From Marsupella aquatica (lineage: Eukaryota > Plantae > Marchantiophyta), in NCBI GenBank assembly GCA_973895155.1, contig OZ316895.1, positions 3,459,659-3,523,658 on the forward strand: 64,000 bases of DNA, in the 5' to 3' direction. Position 1 is the stretch's first letter; each line of letters starts with the position of its first letter. The notes beneath the pieces are model-generated. The model was given only the letters and a program-made list of their open reading frames with translations, had not been told where the DNA came from and did not search any database. Positions 23,472-37,117 of this stretch are shown here, one piece after another. Both the position numbers and the translations under genes were made by a program.

Positions 23472-24466
23472 CGCAGAGCTCTTGAGCTAGATTCAGAAAC
23501 CTTCGATGTTCGTGGTTTTCGGATGAATTAACAACTGATTGAAATCAAGCTTCGTTCGTTCGTTAGGATGTATGCAATTACCACTTTGCACACATCCCAA
23601 CGAAACTTCAAAGATGTACATATATGACTAATCTTCGAATCTTAAAGAGACTCTTTTGGTGGATTTTGATGATTGTGATCATTCACGAACCTTTGTGATT
23701 GACGAGCCCAAAACAAGTGACGCGATAAGACCTCATGTAATTAGGTCAATTTTCTCCCATAAGTTAGTCTAACTGAGGGAGGAGGATGGGGGATTATCTT
23801 TTCCGTTGTTGTACCAGTGTATCAAGATTGGAGTAATGTAAACAAGATATGGATTCATTGGTACCTTTGCACTAAAGGAAGACTCTACAAAGTGTGGACC
23901 TTGTCAATGTAGAGTGTTCCACCTTAGTTGGTCTTATCTCCTCATTAGTGTTTGTTCCTAATTAACCTTGGTAGCCCTAATTTGAGAGTGGGGCCAGCTT
24001 GAGCATAAAATAACACTAATTAAGCTCCGTACAAGTTCTGCAATTAGCATTCATTGTTGAGGATTTCCCACCAGAGAGCGAGAGGATGATATAGAAACAA
24101 GCAATGGCCATTGAAATGTGTATCCCTTGATTGTTTGGAATGATTTTGCTTAGGGCCACACTACGCTCCAAATATTGTTTAGGGCACGTTACACTCCAAA
24201 TATTGTTACCTTTAGCACAATTGTAACCGTGAAAATCTTGGGCTACAGATGGTGTTATCAAAGACCAATTACAAATTCTACACATTAGAGTTTTTCTAAC
24301 AGCTTTTAAGTACTTTGTTATTAAAGATATTTTAATCGACAATATTGCCATTAATTTTTTCGTATTTATCAAAGTGTCACGGTTTAGTATATGGAGTACA
24401 AGTTCCCAAGTTAACCAGAAAAATTATATCCGGAAGTTGTGACATTTTTATAAATATAATAAAAAT

Positions 24467-24634
24467 GGTGATAATATTATAAATTCAAACATCTTAAATG
24501 ACACAGTGTACTTAAAAGCTATTTTTTTTGTAAATCCTTTATTATCGGGTGTGATACTATTATAAATTCAAACATCTTAAATGACAGTGTACTTAAAAGC
24601 CCATTTTTTTTGTAAATCCTTTATTATCGGGTGA
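24467..24634. repeat. ~83-bp imperfect tandem duplication
   Basis: TATTATAAATTCAAACATCTTAAATGACA..GTAAATCCTTTATTATCGGGTG occurs twice. Confidence 0.85.
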
Positions 24635-25204
24635 CTTAAGAGGGTGAAAAGATGGTTCAGCGATTAGGGAGGGTGAGTAAAAATGCACGGCAAAAAAGGA
24701 AAAGCCAACGTCCGGATGACAAATCCTAAGTCACCCTTTGAACTTTGTTGGCATCCATAGCAAAAACAAACTTCGAGCAGCACAGCAAGGTCTAGCAGCA
24801 GTCGGGGGTGGTCCAGCAGCAGAGCATCGTTCTTCAGCATCAATCTTTGCATAATCTTCGCAGCAAGGCAAGGTCAAGTAGCAGCAGCATCGATCAAGGT
24901 GCAGCATAGAGGTCAATTGATGCACCTCTATGCATCAATCTGAGGTCAATCTGAGGGCAGCATCAATGTCAGAAATGCTCCTGACCCCTCCTGACCCCAC
25001 CGTGGACCGTGTGAGGGGGATTCACGTTGTTGCCCTAGGATAGTATTTGTAAACTCCTTGAATGTGCATTTTTATTCTTTGTATGCCTATACATGGTTAT
25101 GCAGCATTACCTGGGTCAAGCCAAGAACCCCCATGCCAGTCTGGCCTGGGGATTCTGAAATTTGATTAAGAAGTACAATAAGGTGCACGTGACAAAATAG
25201 ATTT

Positions 25205-25830
25205 CCCATGGACCACAAAGTTGGTCTTATGAAACCAGGATGGAACACATTTCCCAAAAGTTGAGTTTAATTGTAATAAGTGGACATGATATTAGTAAAT
25301 TCAAATATTTTTTGAGGATATGCTAGAAGAGTAGGTAAGCTACACTTCCATCAAAGTGACACTAAATATTTGGTCACTTTTGGCTGAGTTATTTATCATG
25401 GAATGCGGCGGGGTAAATTCTATTAGATTAACATTGTGGTAATATGCAATATGAGGGCTTGTGTTTTTTTAATGTCTTCTCCTTCTCTAGTTGCCTTGCA
25501 GGTTAAAAACTAGAAATTAGTTAGTGGACCCCCTAGCTACATGTTTAGGCCTTGTTTGAGCTCAAGTTCTTTTTACGGCATGGCGTCCCAAAATTTACAC
25601 CCAAATTGACGCAAACACGAAGGAAAACTGTAAGTTCGATTCACAAAACCGATGACTCTTGTTTGTTGCGGTTGTTGTCGACGTGGCACGCTCTGGTGCC
25701 AGGAATTTTGGAAGGGACCTCTAGTGGGGTCCGTAATTATTATAAATAATAAGCCCCAAACTCCCATGGACCACCAAACTGTGGTCCACGAGAGCAATGT
25801 GTCCAACCTGGTGGTCCATCCCGAGTTCAC
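25205..25830 (+). repeat. Dispersed repeat, homolog of 1720-2135
   Basis: Same ordered blocks as 1720-2135. Confidence 0.75.
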
Positions 25831-28800
25831 GTTCTGCAAGTTGACAGAAAGCAACAAATGAAACTTTGGCAGTGTAAAACAAAAGTGAATGATTCAGCAC
25901 TCAGGTTTCACACTTGGTAACTTGGGATAATGGGCTCTAACCACCTACGCTTAGCTCCCCCTGGAAATTCACCCCATTACTCCCTCTAGGGGATGGGTTA
26001 CCCTACACATTCACCCTGACTTTTGATTAAAAGTATTTTAATTTTATGTTCTACTATTAATATCATGTCACTTTTTAGAGTTACAGGGTGAGTAGCCCCT
26101 ATGGAAAACTCTATTAACTTTAGAGCTAGCCATAAATGGAGAGGGTAAGAAATTGGTGAGCTTGCAGTTGGAGTTCATCTTTATTAGGGTGTCTCAAAGT
26201 CTAGCTTTAACAAGAGAAGGCCCTCCCATAACTCCAGTACTAGTGGAACTCCCCTAAAGTTATGGGAACCAATCTTCAGCTACCATAAGGAAAGTCCAGG
26301 GGCTTAACACTTAACCTGTAACTTTCTTGCAACTTTAGGCGCAAATCCGGAAATCCGGAAATCCACAACTAAAGGCACAATCATGGGCTTTGCGCTGGAT
26401 GTGGTGATGGTTGCTGCATTTGAGATGGTGGCTGATCAAAAATGGAGGGAAAATTAATGTAAGCTACGGCACAAGTGAGGCCGTAACTCATGCCTTATGG
26501 TGGGTAAATGCTACTTCCCCCCATTTTGAAAATTCCATAACTGGGTCCCATAAGGGGAGTTATGGGATACTACCACAAATCCATATCTTTCACTAATGAC
26601 CCATCCAAATCCATATCTTTCACTAATGACCCATCTGTGGAGACTCCCTATTATTACAAAGGGTGAGAGAAAGTGGGTAAGAACAAGGTTAAGTGAGTAA
26701 CCTCAAATGCAGGCTCTAAATGGCTTAACTCATCGACCTCCAGTTGAGTTATGTTTAATTAAGATTAAGATGGGGTGGATCTGTCGTACCCCCAGGTCAC
26801 ACCTTCCCTCCCCTTGCAGAGCTTTTCGGCCCTTCTATCCTTGTGCCCAGTAAAACTACACACATCTGCAGATCAATGCGGCACTGAATACGAGAATGTA
26901 CTACAGGAGCTCTTCATCGGCACAACATTGAGAAGTTCCTCAAATCGATTACATTATAATCGTTGAATTCTAGTAGAATCTGCCCCAATCGGAAAGATGT
27001 TGGACGCCGCTGCTCACCGATTCGCAGGTATCCTTGTTACTCCCCTTTTCTAACATTGGCTGTACTCAGTCCTTCGATCCGTGCTCTGCGTTCTCGATCA
27101 ATGTTTTTGTAGCTTACATTCGAGATGGAAGGATCATATGCTGGGAAAGGCCGCTGCGCCTGAATCCACTGATATAACTGTGGAAGGTTTCGTCCTCTGT
27201 GGATTTTAAGTTGCCCACTTCGCAGAAGCGAGCTAGCTACGTTTCTCTAACTCACAAATTCTCCAAGAAAGTTGTAGAATTTTGAGTCCAGCGAGAATGA
27301 AGAACAATTTCGAAAAGTTTCCAAGCACATAAAATATGCGAGGAAATCGTGCTCGCTGCACCTGACGATGTCACCATTTCTTCCAGGCAGACTTTTCTTG
27401 GTAAGCTCAAAACTTATTTGAGAGGACGACCAAAAGGATCGACGGAGCACTTGCCTCGTGTTTCGCTGTAAAGCACGTCGTTGGCTCCTTTCGATGTGTG
27501 TTCTTGGCCGGAGAATTCGATTCGAAAGGATCATTTCATCGAATGTCTTTTGCTCATGAGTGACTCTGTTTCCGCGGTAGTTTATATTCAAACGCTACCG
27601 GAAGGCCTCAAAGTCTGTGCACGGATCAATCAGCATTTAGTTGCAAAATGGATTGTGCATTTGCCAAACAATGAGCGGTACAGCTTTATTTATGGATTGT
27701 TAATCCAAACATGATATCGCACAGCTTCGATCGACTTCGTCTTGTCAACTTTAGACATGTACTGTTATCTGTGAGATACAAAGAACACGAATTATTCAAG
27801 TGTTCCATTGTTCATTACAGTGTAATAGAAAACCTCGACAGTTTTTCCAGTCTAATTTAACTCCTTCAGTCTGTTGCCATCGTCTTCACGTCCTTGTAAC
27901 CCAACATGTTCTGCTTGACGTTTCCAAGGAAAAGCCGGTGACTCTTAATTGAATCATCTAGCCTAACATGTCTCTACCTGAACGGCAGTGCACAATCGCA
28001 CCCTGAGCGAAACGGTAATGGCCTGACACAGAAATTCGTGACGGTGGAGCCGATCAGATTCGCATCCATAGCGACCGGTGGTATAGTGCCAAACTAGATT
28101 CACATAACCGTCACATTTCTTAGCATCGGGAAGGTTTAGGATCGAAAGGGACCGTTTGTTCTCCAGCAATTCCAATTTCAAAATACTACCAGTGAGAGAA
28201 CCGATTTCTGGTCTGCCTGTTACCCGGGCTTCCGCTCAGGCTATTACCGTTCTAGACGCCGAAAGATCACATGGATCGAACCTTTGTCATCTCAGTTTGT
28301 GTCATGCAGCTTCCAATAATTATTTTAGCCCCGCTAGAAGCAAAGGAAGAAGCAGGAAAAGTGCTAAACATTTTATAGAACTCGGTGATATCTGCTGTTG
28401 ACATCCAGCGCGAGCGGCCAGTCAGGATACAGGAGCTACCTTAAACACTCGAGGTAGTCCTCTCCTCCATGCCACCGTTTGTTACGTCTTCTTCACTGTC
28501 GTTGCGAGCAAGTCAGAATACCTCCATGATCAGCTCTTCGCTTGCATTACTCCGTCTAATCGCGGTACAGGAGCCTCCTTCAAGGAGATTGTGACCTATA
28601 GTTCGTTCAGCTAGCTCAAGACCTAGCTTCTTCAAGGCCAGGACATGAACGACAATCAATTTTGACGGCAATTTGTAATATGCCAATGCAGAACGGAGCA
28701 CATCGATTACAGTTTTCAACTACCAGGCTACTCTTTGCTTATCATTCTCAGGTTACGACGCGAGTTTGGGATTGCCCTGGACATTCAATCACTCAGGTAA

Positions 28801-28984
28801 ATCGAAGCATATAGCTTCAGGCGTGCCTCGTACCGCCTTTCGAACCTTTTGCGGTCAGTTCCATGAATCTCTCGAATCTTGCTCTTGCGACGAACAATGT
28901 ATCGATTATCTATCCGATCGTTTTGCTGAACTTCCGAGATCCGACAGTTCTCTGATAAAAATAAAAGTTGACCAGTGATTTCTC

Positions 28985-29836
28985 ATGGTTGGACAGGAAA
29001 TGGCTACGTCACCGAGTCAGCCATGTGTTTCCTGTATATTCTTACATCGGAAGTGTCATGCTGATTGTATGTTTGCTCCATACTTCACGGGGGACATGCT
29101 GGACAAGTTTAAGGAAGTTGGCAGCGTATTTGGCATCCAAAAAGCTGAAAGGCTTTTGCAAGGGCTTTCCTTGAAACGAAGGCAAGTCGCTGCCCGTTCT
29201 CTCATATACGAGGCCCATCTCCGGACCAAAGATCCAGTCCTTGGGAGCGGTGGAGTGATCGTGCGTTTACGACGACAAATCAAGCAATTAGAGACTGAGT
29301 TAGCTTCGACGCGTTCCGATCAGGCGAGGTGTAGTCATGACGCTGGAGGTTTCCCGGGGATTAGTCTGAGTCCTAGAAGAATCCCCTCTTCATCACGTGG
29401 AAGTGAGATGAATCTGTCAGGAACCCACGTCGGGCAAGAACAACAACAGCAGATGGTGTCTAGAGATCAGCACCTTAACATGGAATGCGAGCCACAGGAC
29501 CTTACCGGTGAGCAGGTGCCAGACGTAAATGCTACGCCTGAGGAACGATCCGCTGAAGTTGGAGAAGGCTTGCGCAATCATGGTCCTTCCTCGACCTTGA
29601 AGGCCAGGTTGAGTGCGACATACAGTGAACAGCTGCTAGACTCAAATGCTAGGCCTGGGGAACAATCTACTGAAGTTGGAGAAGGCTTGCGCAATCATGG
29701 TCCTTCCTCAACCTTGAGGGCCAGGTTGAGTGCAACACATAAACTCAGACAGTTCAACGGCTTATATCGGAGGTCTGTCAGGTCTCAGTACGTGTGGAGA
29801 ATGCGAGCGCAACGAGTGAGAGTAAGAAGCCGCTAG
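28985..29836 (+). CDS. LBD: LOB-domain (LBD/ASL) transcription factor, single exon
   Basis: CX2CX6CX3C (CVSCIFLHRKCHADC), FAPYF, VFG, SLIYEAHLRTKDPVLG, leucine zipper LRRQIKQLETEL. The start could be ATG 29000. Confidence 0.92.
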   Translation: MVGQEMATSPSQPCVSCIFLHRKCHADCMFAPYFTGDMLDKFKEVGSVFGIQKAERLLQGLSLKRRQVAARSLIYEAHLRTKDPVLGSGGVIVRLRRQIKQLETELASTRSDQARCSHDAGGFPGISLSPRRIPSSSRGSEMNLSGTHVGQEQQQQMVSRDQHLNMECEPQDLTGEQVPDVNATPEERSAEVGEGLRNHGPSSTLKARLSATYSEQLLDSNARPGEQSTEVGEGLRNHGPSSTLRARLSATHKLRQFNGLYRRSVRSQYVWRMRAQRVRVRSR

Positions 29837-31967
29837 ATTTTCGGCAATGTCGAGTAATTGACCATTCATTTATGCAATTTATTAGCTTTCGAGCAAAAGT
29901 TGAAGTAGATAGATCGGAATATAATTAGCATTAGTAGGAGTTCGACTCTTGGTGCGCCTCAGCACTACGAGTGATGTATTGCAAAACTTTTACTGTCGAA
30001 AGCTCCTTCAGGACCAACACATACGCTGTCGGCCATGTTTTGTACGAACTTACCTCGAGCTCCTTCGCGACAGCAGCAGGACCACGAGTTTTCGGACAAC
30101 TAAAATGGTTAATACTCGATAAAGAAACGCCTGTTTGTATTCATCCAGCATCAATTCCGCTAGTGTCTCATCTTCTTCATTCGTCATCTTTACTCATGGC
30201 GAAGAGTTTGGTCGTCAAACAAGAGTAAAATTGAGCAAGCGCATGTCTGAGAACATCGATATCACCTTCAGTTACTACTAAGATGAAGAGCTGCCTAGGT
30301 ATTGTCCATGTCCGCCAAAACAACCACAATGCCTAATTTATCCCTGCGGTTGTTTCAATTGGGCCCTAGTAGCGATTGATCTTCATATCACAGGAGCGGA
30401 TATTCAAGAACGATGGAATTAATTTCTCGTTGTTACTAGCTTATCTCGAAATTTGTTACCTCAACTAATGAAAGAATCTTGGTGAACGAGGCTAGGCATG
30501 GCTATGCTCCTGAAGTCAGTTTTATGTACGTTCCGTTAAATTAAACTTGGGCCTCTCCATATAGATTCGAGAAAATGGGAGGGACGAGAATTATTGGGAC
30601 ACTCATCTCTTCGACTCAGAGGACTGAATTTACGCGCATGCGAACTTGTAAATGTGTGTTCCTTAATACTAAACATAGTTTATATCTATGTCTGCAAGCA
30701 TGGCCACCAACCAACCCTCATCACTGGACTAGCAGCTATGTCAAGTATTCTTTGTATCTGGACAAGGAATTGCCCTCGTCTGTTCGAGATAGAAATGTCA
30801 TTGGAAAAAATAGAATCCATCGTTAGGGCAAAGGAAAAGCTCTCTGAAGATTTCAGGGTACCGAGTAGGGATCCGTATTGCTCAGCAAAAAGCTCTTGAA
30901 TGCATAGTTTAGTGCTGGACAGACATTCCTCCTGATGAATTTATAACTTTTATTCGTGACCAGCTTCATGGAGTATGTTTCAATGAAGTTAACTGACCTT
31001 GTAGTGTCCCGCTTTCTCATAATCTGCTCTGATCACCATGAAGCCTCCTACGTGCCTTTTCTTTCTAAAGTTGGAAATTTAGATGGAAGCTCTCGCATTC
31101 TGCCCTGTTCAGGATTGCGCAAGCTTTTCAACAAGCTGGTCAACACGCTTGTGCATGTTCGCAGATAGCTTAATTGTTCATCGAAGTTGTACCTTCTTAT
31201 TTTCTTTATGATCATCTCGACAGTCAATCGGTGGATGCGAAACCTACTGCAGTACCTTGCCAACGACATACGGCTCGTTTAGGAGTTTTGCAGTACGGTC
31301 CACTCACAAAATTGTGTTGAGTGACAGTTCCCGAAGAGTTCAGTCAATGAAATGGGAATCCTCCTGTACTTTTTAATTTTGGTTGGCACGGAGGCTGGTG
31401 TTGTGGATCCTCTCGCCTGTTGTCAAGAATGGCGATTACAAACGGCGGAAGTATAGATCAGATGAATTGTCACGCGATACCGTAGGCTACATTTGTGCAG
31501 GTTAGACGATGAGATTCTGGAGGAAAAATTTGATTAGTTTGTCCGTCGGTGATCGTTCGCCAGCAGTTAAGAAATCATGGAAGCAAGGATGGGGAATTAC
31601 CACTGGCAGTCAGGGCGGCTGTTTGCAAATAAGATACCTGGTGTCCTTTCTGAACATCGATCGAAGCAGAATGATGTCAGCATGCGAGTTCGTTTCTCCT
31701 ACCTTTCTAGACGATGAGAAATCAGAGGGTAAGCCTCAGGAGTATTCGCTACTAACAAGTGAATCAATACTTCATGCTTGATCTCCTATACACATCCTAT
31801 TGTCAGGGCTTTAAACTTGGGGCAGAGCATTCATACCATTCAAGATTCAATGTCTAGTGGACAACATGAAGATATCAGTACAGCTCGAACAACACACAGG
31901 AAAAGAGTCAGGACAGTGCATCCCGACGATCGGAAAGAAACTTATTGGAGTGTTTTATCATACTTAC

Positions 31968-33595
31968 GAATGCAGCTTTAAAAGCTGCAGGAATGCACTG
32001 AAGGATTCCTGAGTTCCACTTGCTATCAAATTTTATAGTCTCACGAGAAGATGTGAGAATAAAATCAGCGTTCACAATGAACGGGAAACCTGTTCTCTGT
32101 TCTGTGGGCAGGAAAGAGAAATGTCACCAGCGTGGTCTGACGCTCGCCCTTCTTGAGGAAACGCAAGACTAATGGCCCAGTCATGAATCTCCTCTCTCCC
32201 TTGAACCGGGTGAGAAACGGGAAACAAGCCTCGGAACAGTAAGTAAGGAAACGTGTCAGCATCTTCTCCACGATCACATTCAACTCTGAGGTTAACCTTG
32301 GAAAACATGAAAGGCATCTTGACTTCAACATTGGATACTCGAGAATGGCATGAACCCGCAATGGAGGAAATTGGCTCTGAGCGTATAATCCTCAACAAAT
32401 CTCTCCTCCCATGTTCGTCCTCTATCTGGTTCACAACTTTGAGCTCCCGAAGTTTAGATAAAAACAGTATATTCTCAGGAGATATATCCTTGAGCTGTGT
32501 CCGAACGAGGTCAACCTTGTCGTGACGGAGAGGAAGAACTAGCACAGTGGCAGGTACCTTATCACGTCCACACACAGCCAGAATCGAATCGTCAGTTGGT
32601 GACTCTGTCCATTCCGGAACTATGTATCCAACTCCAGACTCGTCGCAAGGTTCTTCTCGGAATCGAATACGAAACCCATTACTGATAATCATTGGAGTTT
32701 CGCAAACCATAAAGACTGACTTGAACCCAATTCCTGCACAGCATTAACCACACGCAGGCTTAAACTCGTGAGCAGACTGCGTCACTGCATTCGAGTGGGG
32801 CCACGAGCTTTGGTACTGCCTCAAACTTTGTACGTACGGGATAATGATCGTTTGCCATACAATTTGCAGCTATGGTTGCGAGAAAACTGGGGGCCTGTAA
32901 AGTAACCTGCACTACATGGCTTGCGTTTGGATGCATTGACCGTTAAGCGCTAAACCGAAAAATCTCTCATAGGCGGGAAGTACAAACTCCCAACTGTTCT
33001 GCAGCTGACGTGCTTGTCTTTCAGAAAGAGCAGCAGCAACATTGGAACACAATGCACCAAGTGTACAAGAGATTCTAATTTCAGCAGAGTTTTAGATGAA
33101 AAAAATACCTTTGCAACCAATGTACCCTTTTTCTCTCTTCCCCGTCTTCGTGGATTTTTTCACGCTACACAGAGCTTTGACATCTAGATCCGTCAGTCCT
33201 TCTTCGTTGTTGAGGACCAGCAGTGTTGCGGACACGCCCATTCCTGCAACGTCGTTGCTTGTTAACAAGAACTCCAGGGAAGGACGTACATGATCTCCAT
33301 AAGTACTGTCCTCGGCGTTCTGCAAGACAGACGTGGAAGTATCGCTCGTCAGCACTGTATGCTTTTCCGTTTATCGACATTCTTGCATACCATATGCTCC
33401 ATGAATTGACGATTTAGCATGTGACGTGATTACCTGAATGATCTCCTTAATGAAATGCATGTCATTCTGATAAAGTTCCGTGGACAAAATTGTGAGTGCT
33501 CGGTGGAGCTCTTCTGCTAGGGGTTGCTTGCTTGAAGATCCTATCGAAAACTTGTCTCTCCGGATCTTTTCGATGAACTCTCTCTGCCAAGCCAT
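31968..33595 (-). pseudogene. NO VEIN/sacsin-like GHKL ATPase N-terminal fragment, frameshifted and apparently truncated (exons 33595-33434, 33319-33109, 32733-~31968)
   Basis: Spliced reading gives LSTELYQNDMHFIKEIIQ/NAED..NNEEG..ALCSVKKSTK..GYIGCKG/IGFKSVF..ILFLSKLREL. After a 1-nt shift at ~32120 it continues FLPTEQRTGFPFIVNADFILTSSRETI..WNSGILQCIPAAF. No further recognisable exons. Confidence 0.8.
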
Positions 33596-35060
33596 GATCG
33601 ATTGGAGCACAGTAGGAGGTCCGGGCTCAAATTAAGTACAAAAACACGAGATTCTGGGATCGAAAGCTCCACCCAAATTCTCCTTATGGACAGGGTCGAT
33701 CAAATCCTACCACACCCAAAAACGGTGGAGCGCAATGCCGGATGCTAATGCTCTAGTGCTAGCGGTTGCTTGTTTGGATCCTATCGAAAACTTGTCTCTC
33801 CGCATTTCTTCGATGGAATCTAGAGGCCAAACCATGATTGGAGCACAGCAATGGGCAAGGCATCCTACGGGCTCAACTTAACTACAAAAACACGAGAATC
33901 TGGAGAAGCCAAGTCCGGCACAAATTATCATTGTCATTGCCAGGATCGATCAAGTCCTACCACACCAAAACGGCGGAGCGCAATGCCAGACTCTAACAGT
34001 CACGGGAGCCTGTGGAATTCTGTGCCATTGAAGGTCCCCACAGAGAGGGAACTTATCGCTCCGCAACACTAGTGAAATTGTGGTCACGGAGATGCCATCG
34101 AAGGACATTTGATCCACTTCTTGTCATTGTCAGGAGCTCTGATAGCTTGAGAAGACCCCGAGGCATCCAATATGAGCAACACGACCAAAATCATTGTGAA
34201 AGGCATCCAAGAGATGGCAGCGGCGGCGGCTGCAGATTGTGCAGCTCTTGAATTATAATAATTGTGCAGTCATTTTCCGTAGACCACGGTCAATATTCTC
34301 CTTCACAAGTTCACAGTATGACAGTAGTGAAGGCGATTTTGTATCTTATGATTACAGATCTCTCAATTCATTACGATCGCATACTCGAGCACTGTACAGT
34401 ATTTACTTCGTTCCACGAAGTACGTACAATACACTAATACTTCGTTCCACGAAGTACGTACAATAGTATATTGTATTTCCTTCGTAGGCATCGTTGAGTA
34501 CAAGGGTCAGTCGAAGTATCTTCAAGGGATAGTGGGTTTGGTACTTTGGTTACTCTAAGGATGAGTACACGAACCACCGGATATAAACTCGTATGAGGGC
34601 ATTTGTGAGCATTTTTCACCAAACCAAACGGGCCATTTCACACACTAAATATAGTGTCCTAGGGCTAAAAGCATTTTTGGAATGCTTTTATGGCCCCCAA
34701 GCCCCAAGGGCCAAGGTCTTGGAAAGTGAAGTGAAGCTAATGGTGGTAGATTAATTTGCTAAAAGACAGACTGGGGACCCACTCCACCCTTTATGTCACA
34801 GTACTCTTTGGGTAGTAAGTCTATTTAGCTATAACAAAGGAAGATCTTATGAAGGAGTTGTGGGCGCACTTAGAATGCAATGACTTGAAATAAGAATAGA
34901 CCAAGGGGCTAGAAGAAGAGACCTCCAACACAAGTGGTCTAAAATATGGGACAAAAATGTGTTCCACATAACCAAATTGGGCCCGTCTATATTCCATGTA
35001 AGATCAGTAACAGGTTAGGTTGAAAGTGCCTCAAAATTTTGCAAAGTGAAGAGCAACCAT

Positions 35061-35220
35061 TTCTCCCCAATGGATGGCCTTGATAACTTATCCATTTTCA
35101 CACCAACTTAATTTAAAATCTGGCTTGAAAACCCAGAAAATTCTCCCCAATGGATGGCCTTGATAACTTATCCATTTTCACACCAACTTAATTTAAAATC
35201 TGGCTTGAAAACCCAGAAAA
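35061..35220. repeat. Perfect 80-bp tandem duplication
   Basis: 35061-35140 equals 35141-35220. Confidence 0.95.
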
Positions 35221-37117
35221 ACCCGATAGAAGTCAAACCTGTATGTTGTCTTCCAAATACAATTCCACTAACCAATGTCTTCCGAATATAGATCAAGTAA
35301 GCTAGAAACCCAATGTCTACGAATCAGAGAGAATTTGATGATTGAAGATGACTCTTTGCATTTCTGATACTAGGTTTAGCTATAATAGGAGTTGGAGATG
35401 ATGTAAGACAATACCTCAAACTGGCCAGGGTAGTTGTAGCTTGCAAGCAAACAGGACAAAATTCTTGTTATGAGGAAAACCATTCCTGTTACAAGGAGAA
35501 AAGCCCTAAATATACACCACTTTGCTAGCAAACTTAGTCCCTAGGTAGCCAAAACTAGTTTGAAATATCTTAGCTTTTGTGTTATGTTTTAATAAAACTT
35601 TATTTGGGATTCCTCTTTTGGCTAGCCATCGGGAGTCTTCTAAATGCACTAGAATTAGAAAAGTCAGCAAAAATATAAAGGCATTAAGAGCCACTCTTGT
35701 GACTCCCTAACAATATTCTTCTCGCTAACAAAAATTCCTATCTGCTTGCTCCCTCAAAGGCATACCCTAGGTGTGAGTTTGGTCTTGATAGAGTTCTTTG
35801 ATGTTAGGGTGGCTTTACAAGAAGAATCACCTATGACTTTTTTTGTTCAAAGCAAACAGGAGAATCCCCGCTTTTTGCCCAAAACGGCCACTTTCAATTG
35901 TGCCCCCAAAGTCACATTCCTGGTCACATACTAGAGGCTTTAACTCTCCAGACATAGGCCTTCAGACTAGCTTTGGATCGTGATTATATAAATACATTTC
36001 ACTGAATATAAAACTGAACTCTCACTTGACCAAACAGTCAATGTATTGATTGTAACTTTGAGAATGAAGTTTACGGTTTAGTTTTTAGTACTTTGCAAAA
36101 GTCCCCTTGTGGGTTTGCTTCCGTGTTGATGATTGATGGTTTTGTTCTCAATCATTGTTGCGGTTTAAGTACGTTGTGTTGAACTCTTCCATATTGACAG
36201 GTTTTAGGGTTCTTCAAGCTACATAGATCGGTGTCACTGCCTTCAGACAAGAAGAGCACATTAATCATTTTGCACAGAAAAATAAATCCAGTAACTGAGT
36301 CTACAGAATTGTATGATGTCCATACAAAATTTAACGTCCAATACTGCAAAAAAAAGCTATGCTAAAACACTACTCTGCTAAAATCTGAGCCCAACTAGGA
36401 TGCAAAAAGTCATATCCAACCCATTTACACTAACACTGTCCATCTTATAGGTTTTCAGGCACTAGGTATTTTAGTTAGTCCATCTGTGTGCGGAACACAA
36501 TGTAGACTTGGGCTTTCTACTGGGTTAGGATTTCAGGTTTGACGATATAGAGTTTGGACTTTCCACTGGATTAGGTTATGATTGTTTTATGTTGTAATCT
36601 AGGGTGGTGCGAAGCTGATTTCTAGTGTGGAGTAAAATTATCCACTAAGGGTTGGAGCTGAGTTTTATTACTTCGATTTGTTTTCATTTGACATTGAAGG
36701 TGACTTACACTAAACTAAAAAATGAATTGTCATACTCTGTACTACTGTACTCCAGCCAATCCCAATAAGCTTTGGAGATGGTCTAATGTTTTGGCTAAAG
36801 AGAGGAGGCAATTCTCTTCCATTTAGTACATGGAAAATGCATTCTCTTCCATGAGAATTGAAGAAAACATCCTCGCTGCCCTCTCGTAACGAGTCGACCA
36901 TTGCCCGTCCGCCTTCATCTATGGTTCAGACTAGTAATCGCGGCAGCAGAGGAAATTAGCACCTCCGTAGGTGGACGAAGCTTTTCGCTGCACGAGAGAG
37001 AAAACGGCTGAGGTTTAGCGAAGAGTCGAGCAACGAGGCTTTTGCTTTCCGCCAAGAAGAGCGGAGCAGAGCTGAGGTTGTGACTCTGTTATAATTTCGT
37101 TGCAGCTGGTGTTGGAG

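Noticed and set aside
26860-28730. Exon-like segments and short ORFs suggesting a decayed gene
   Set aside because: There are stops in all frames and no family I can recognise; a translated search would be needed.
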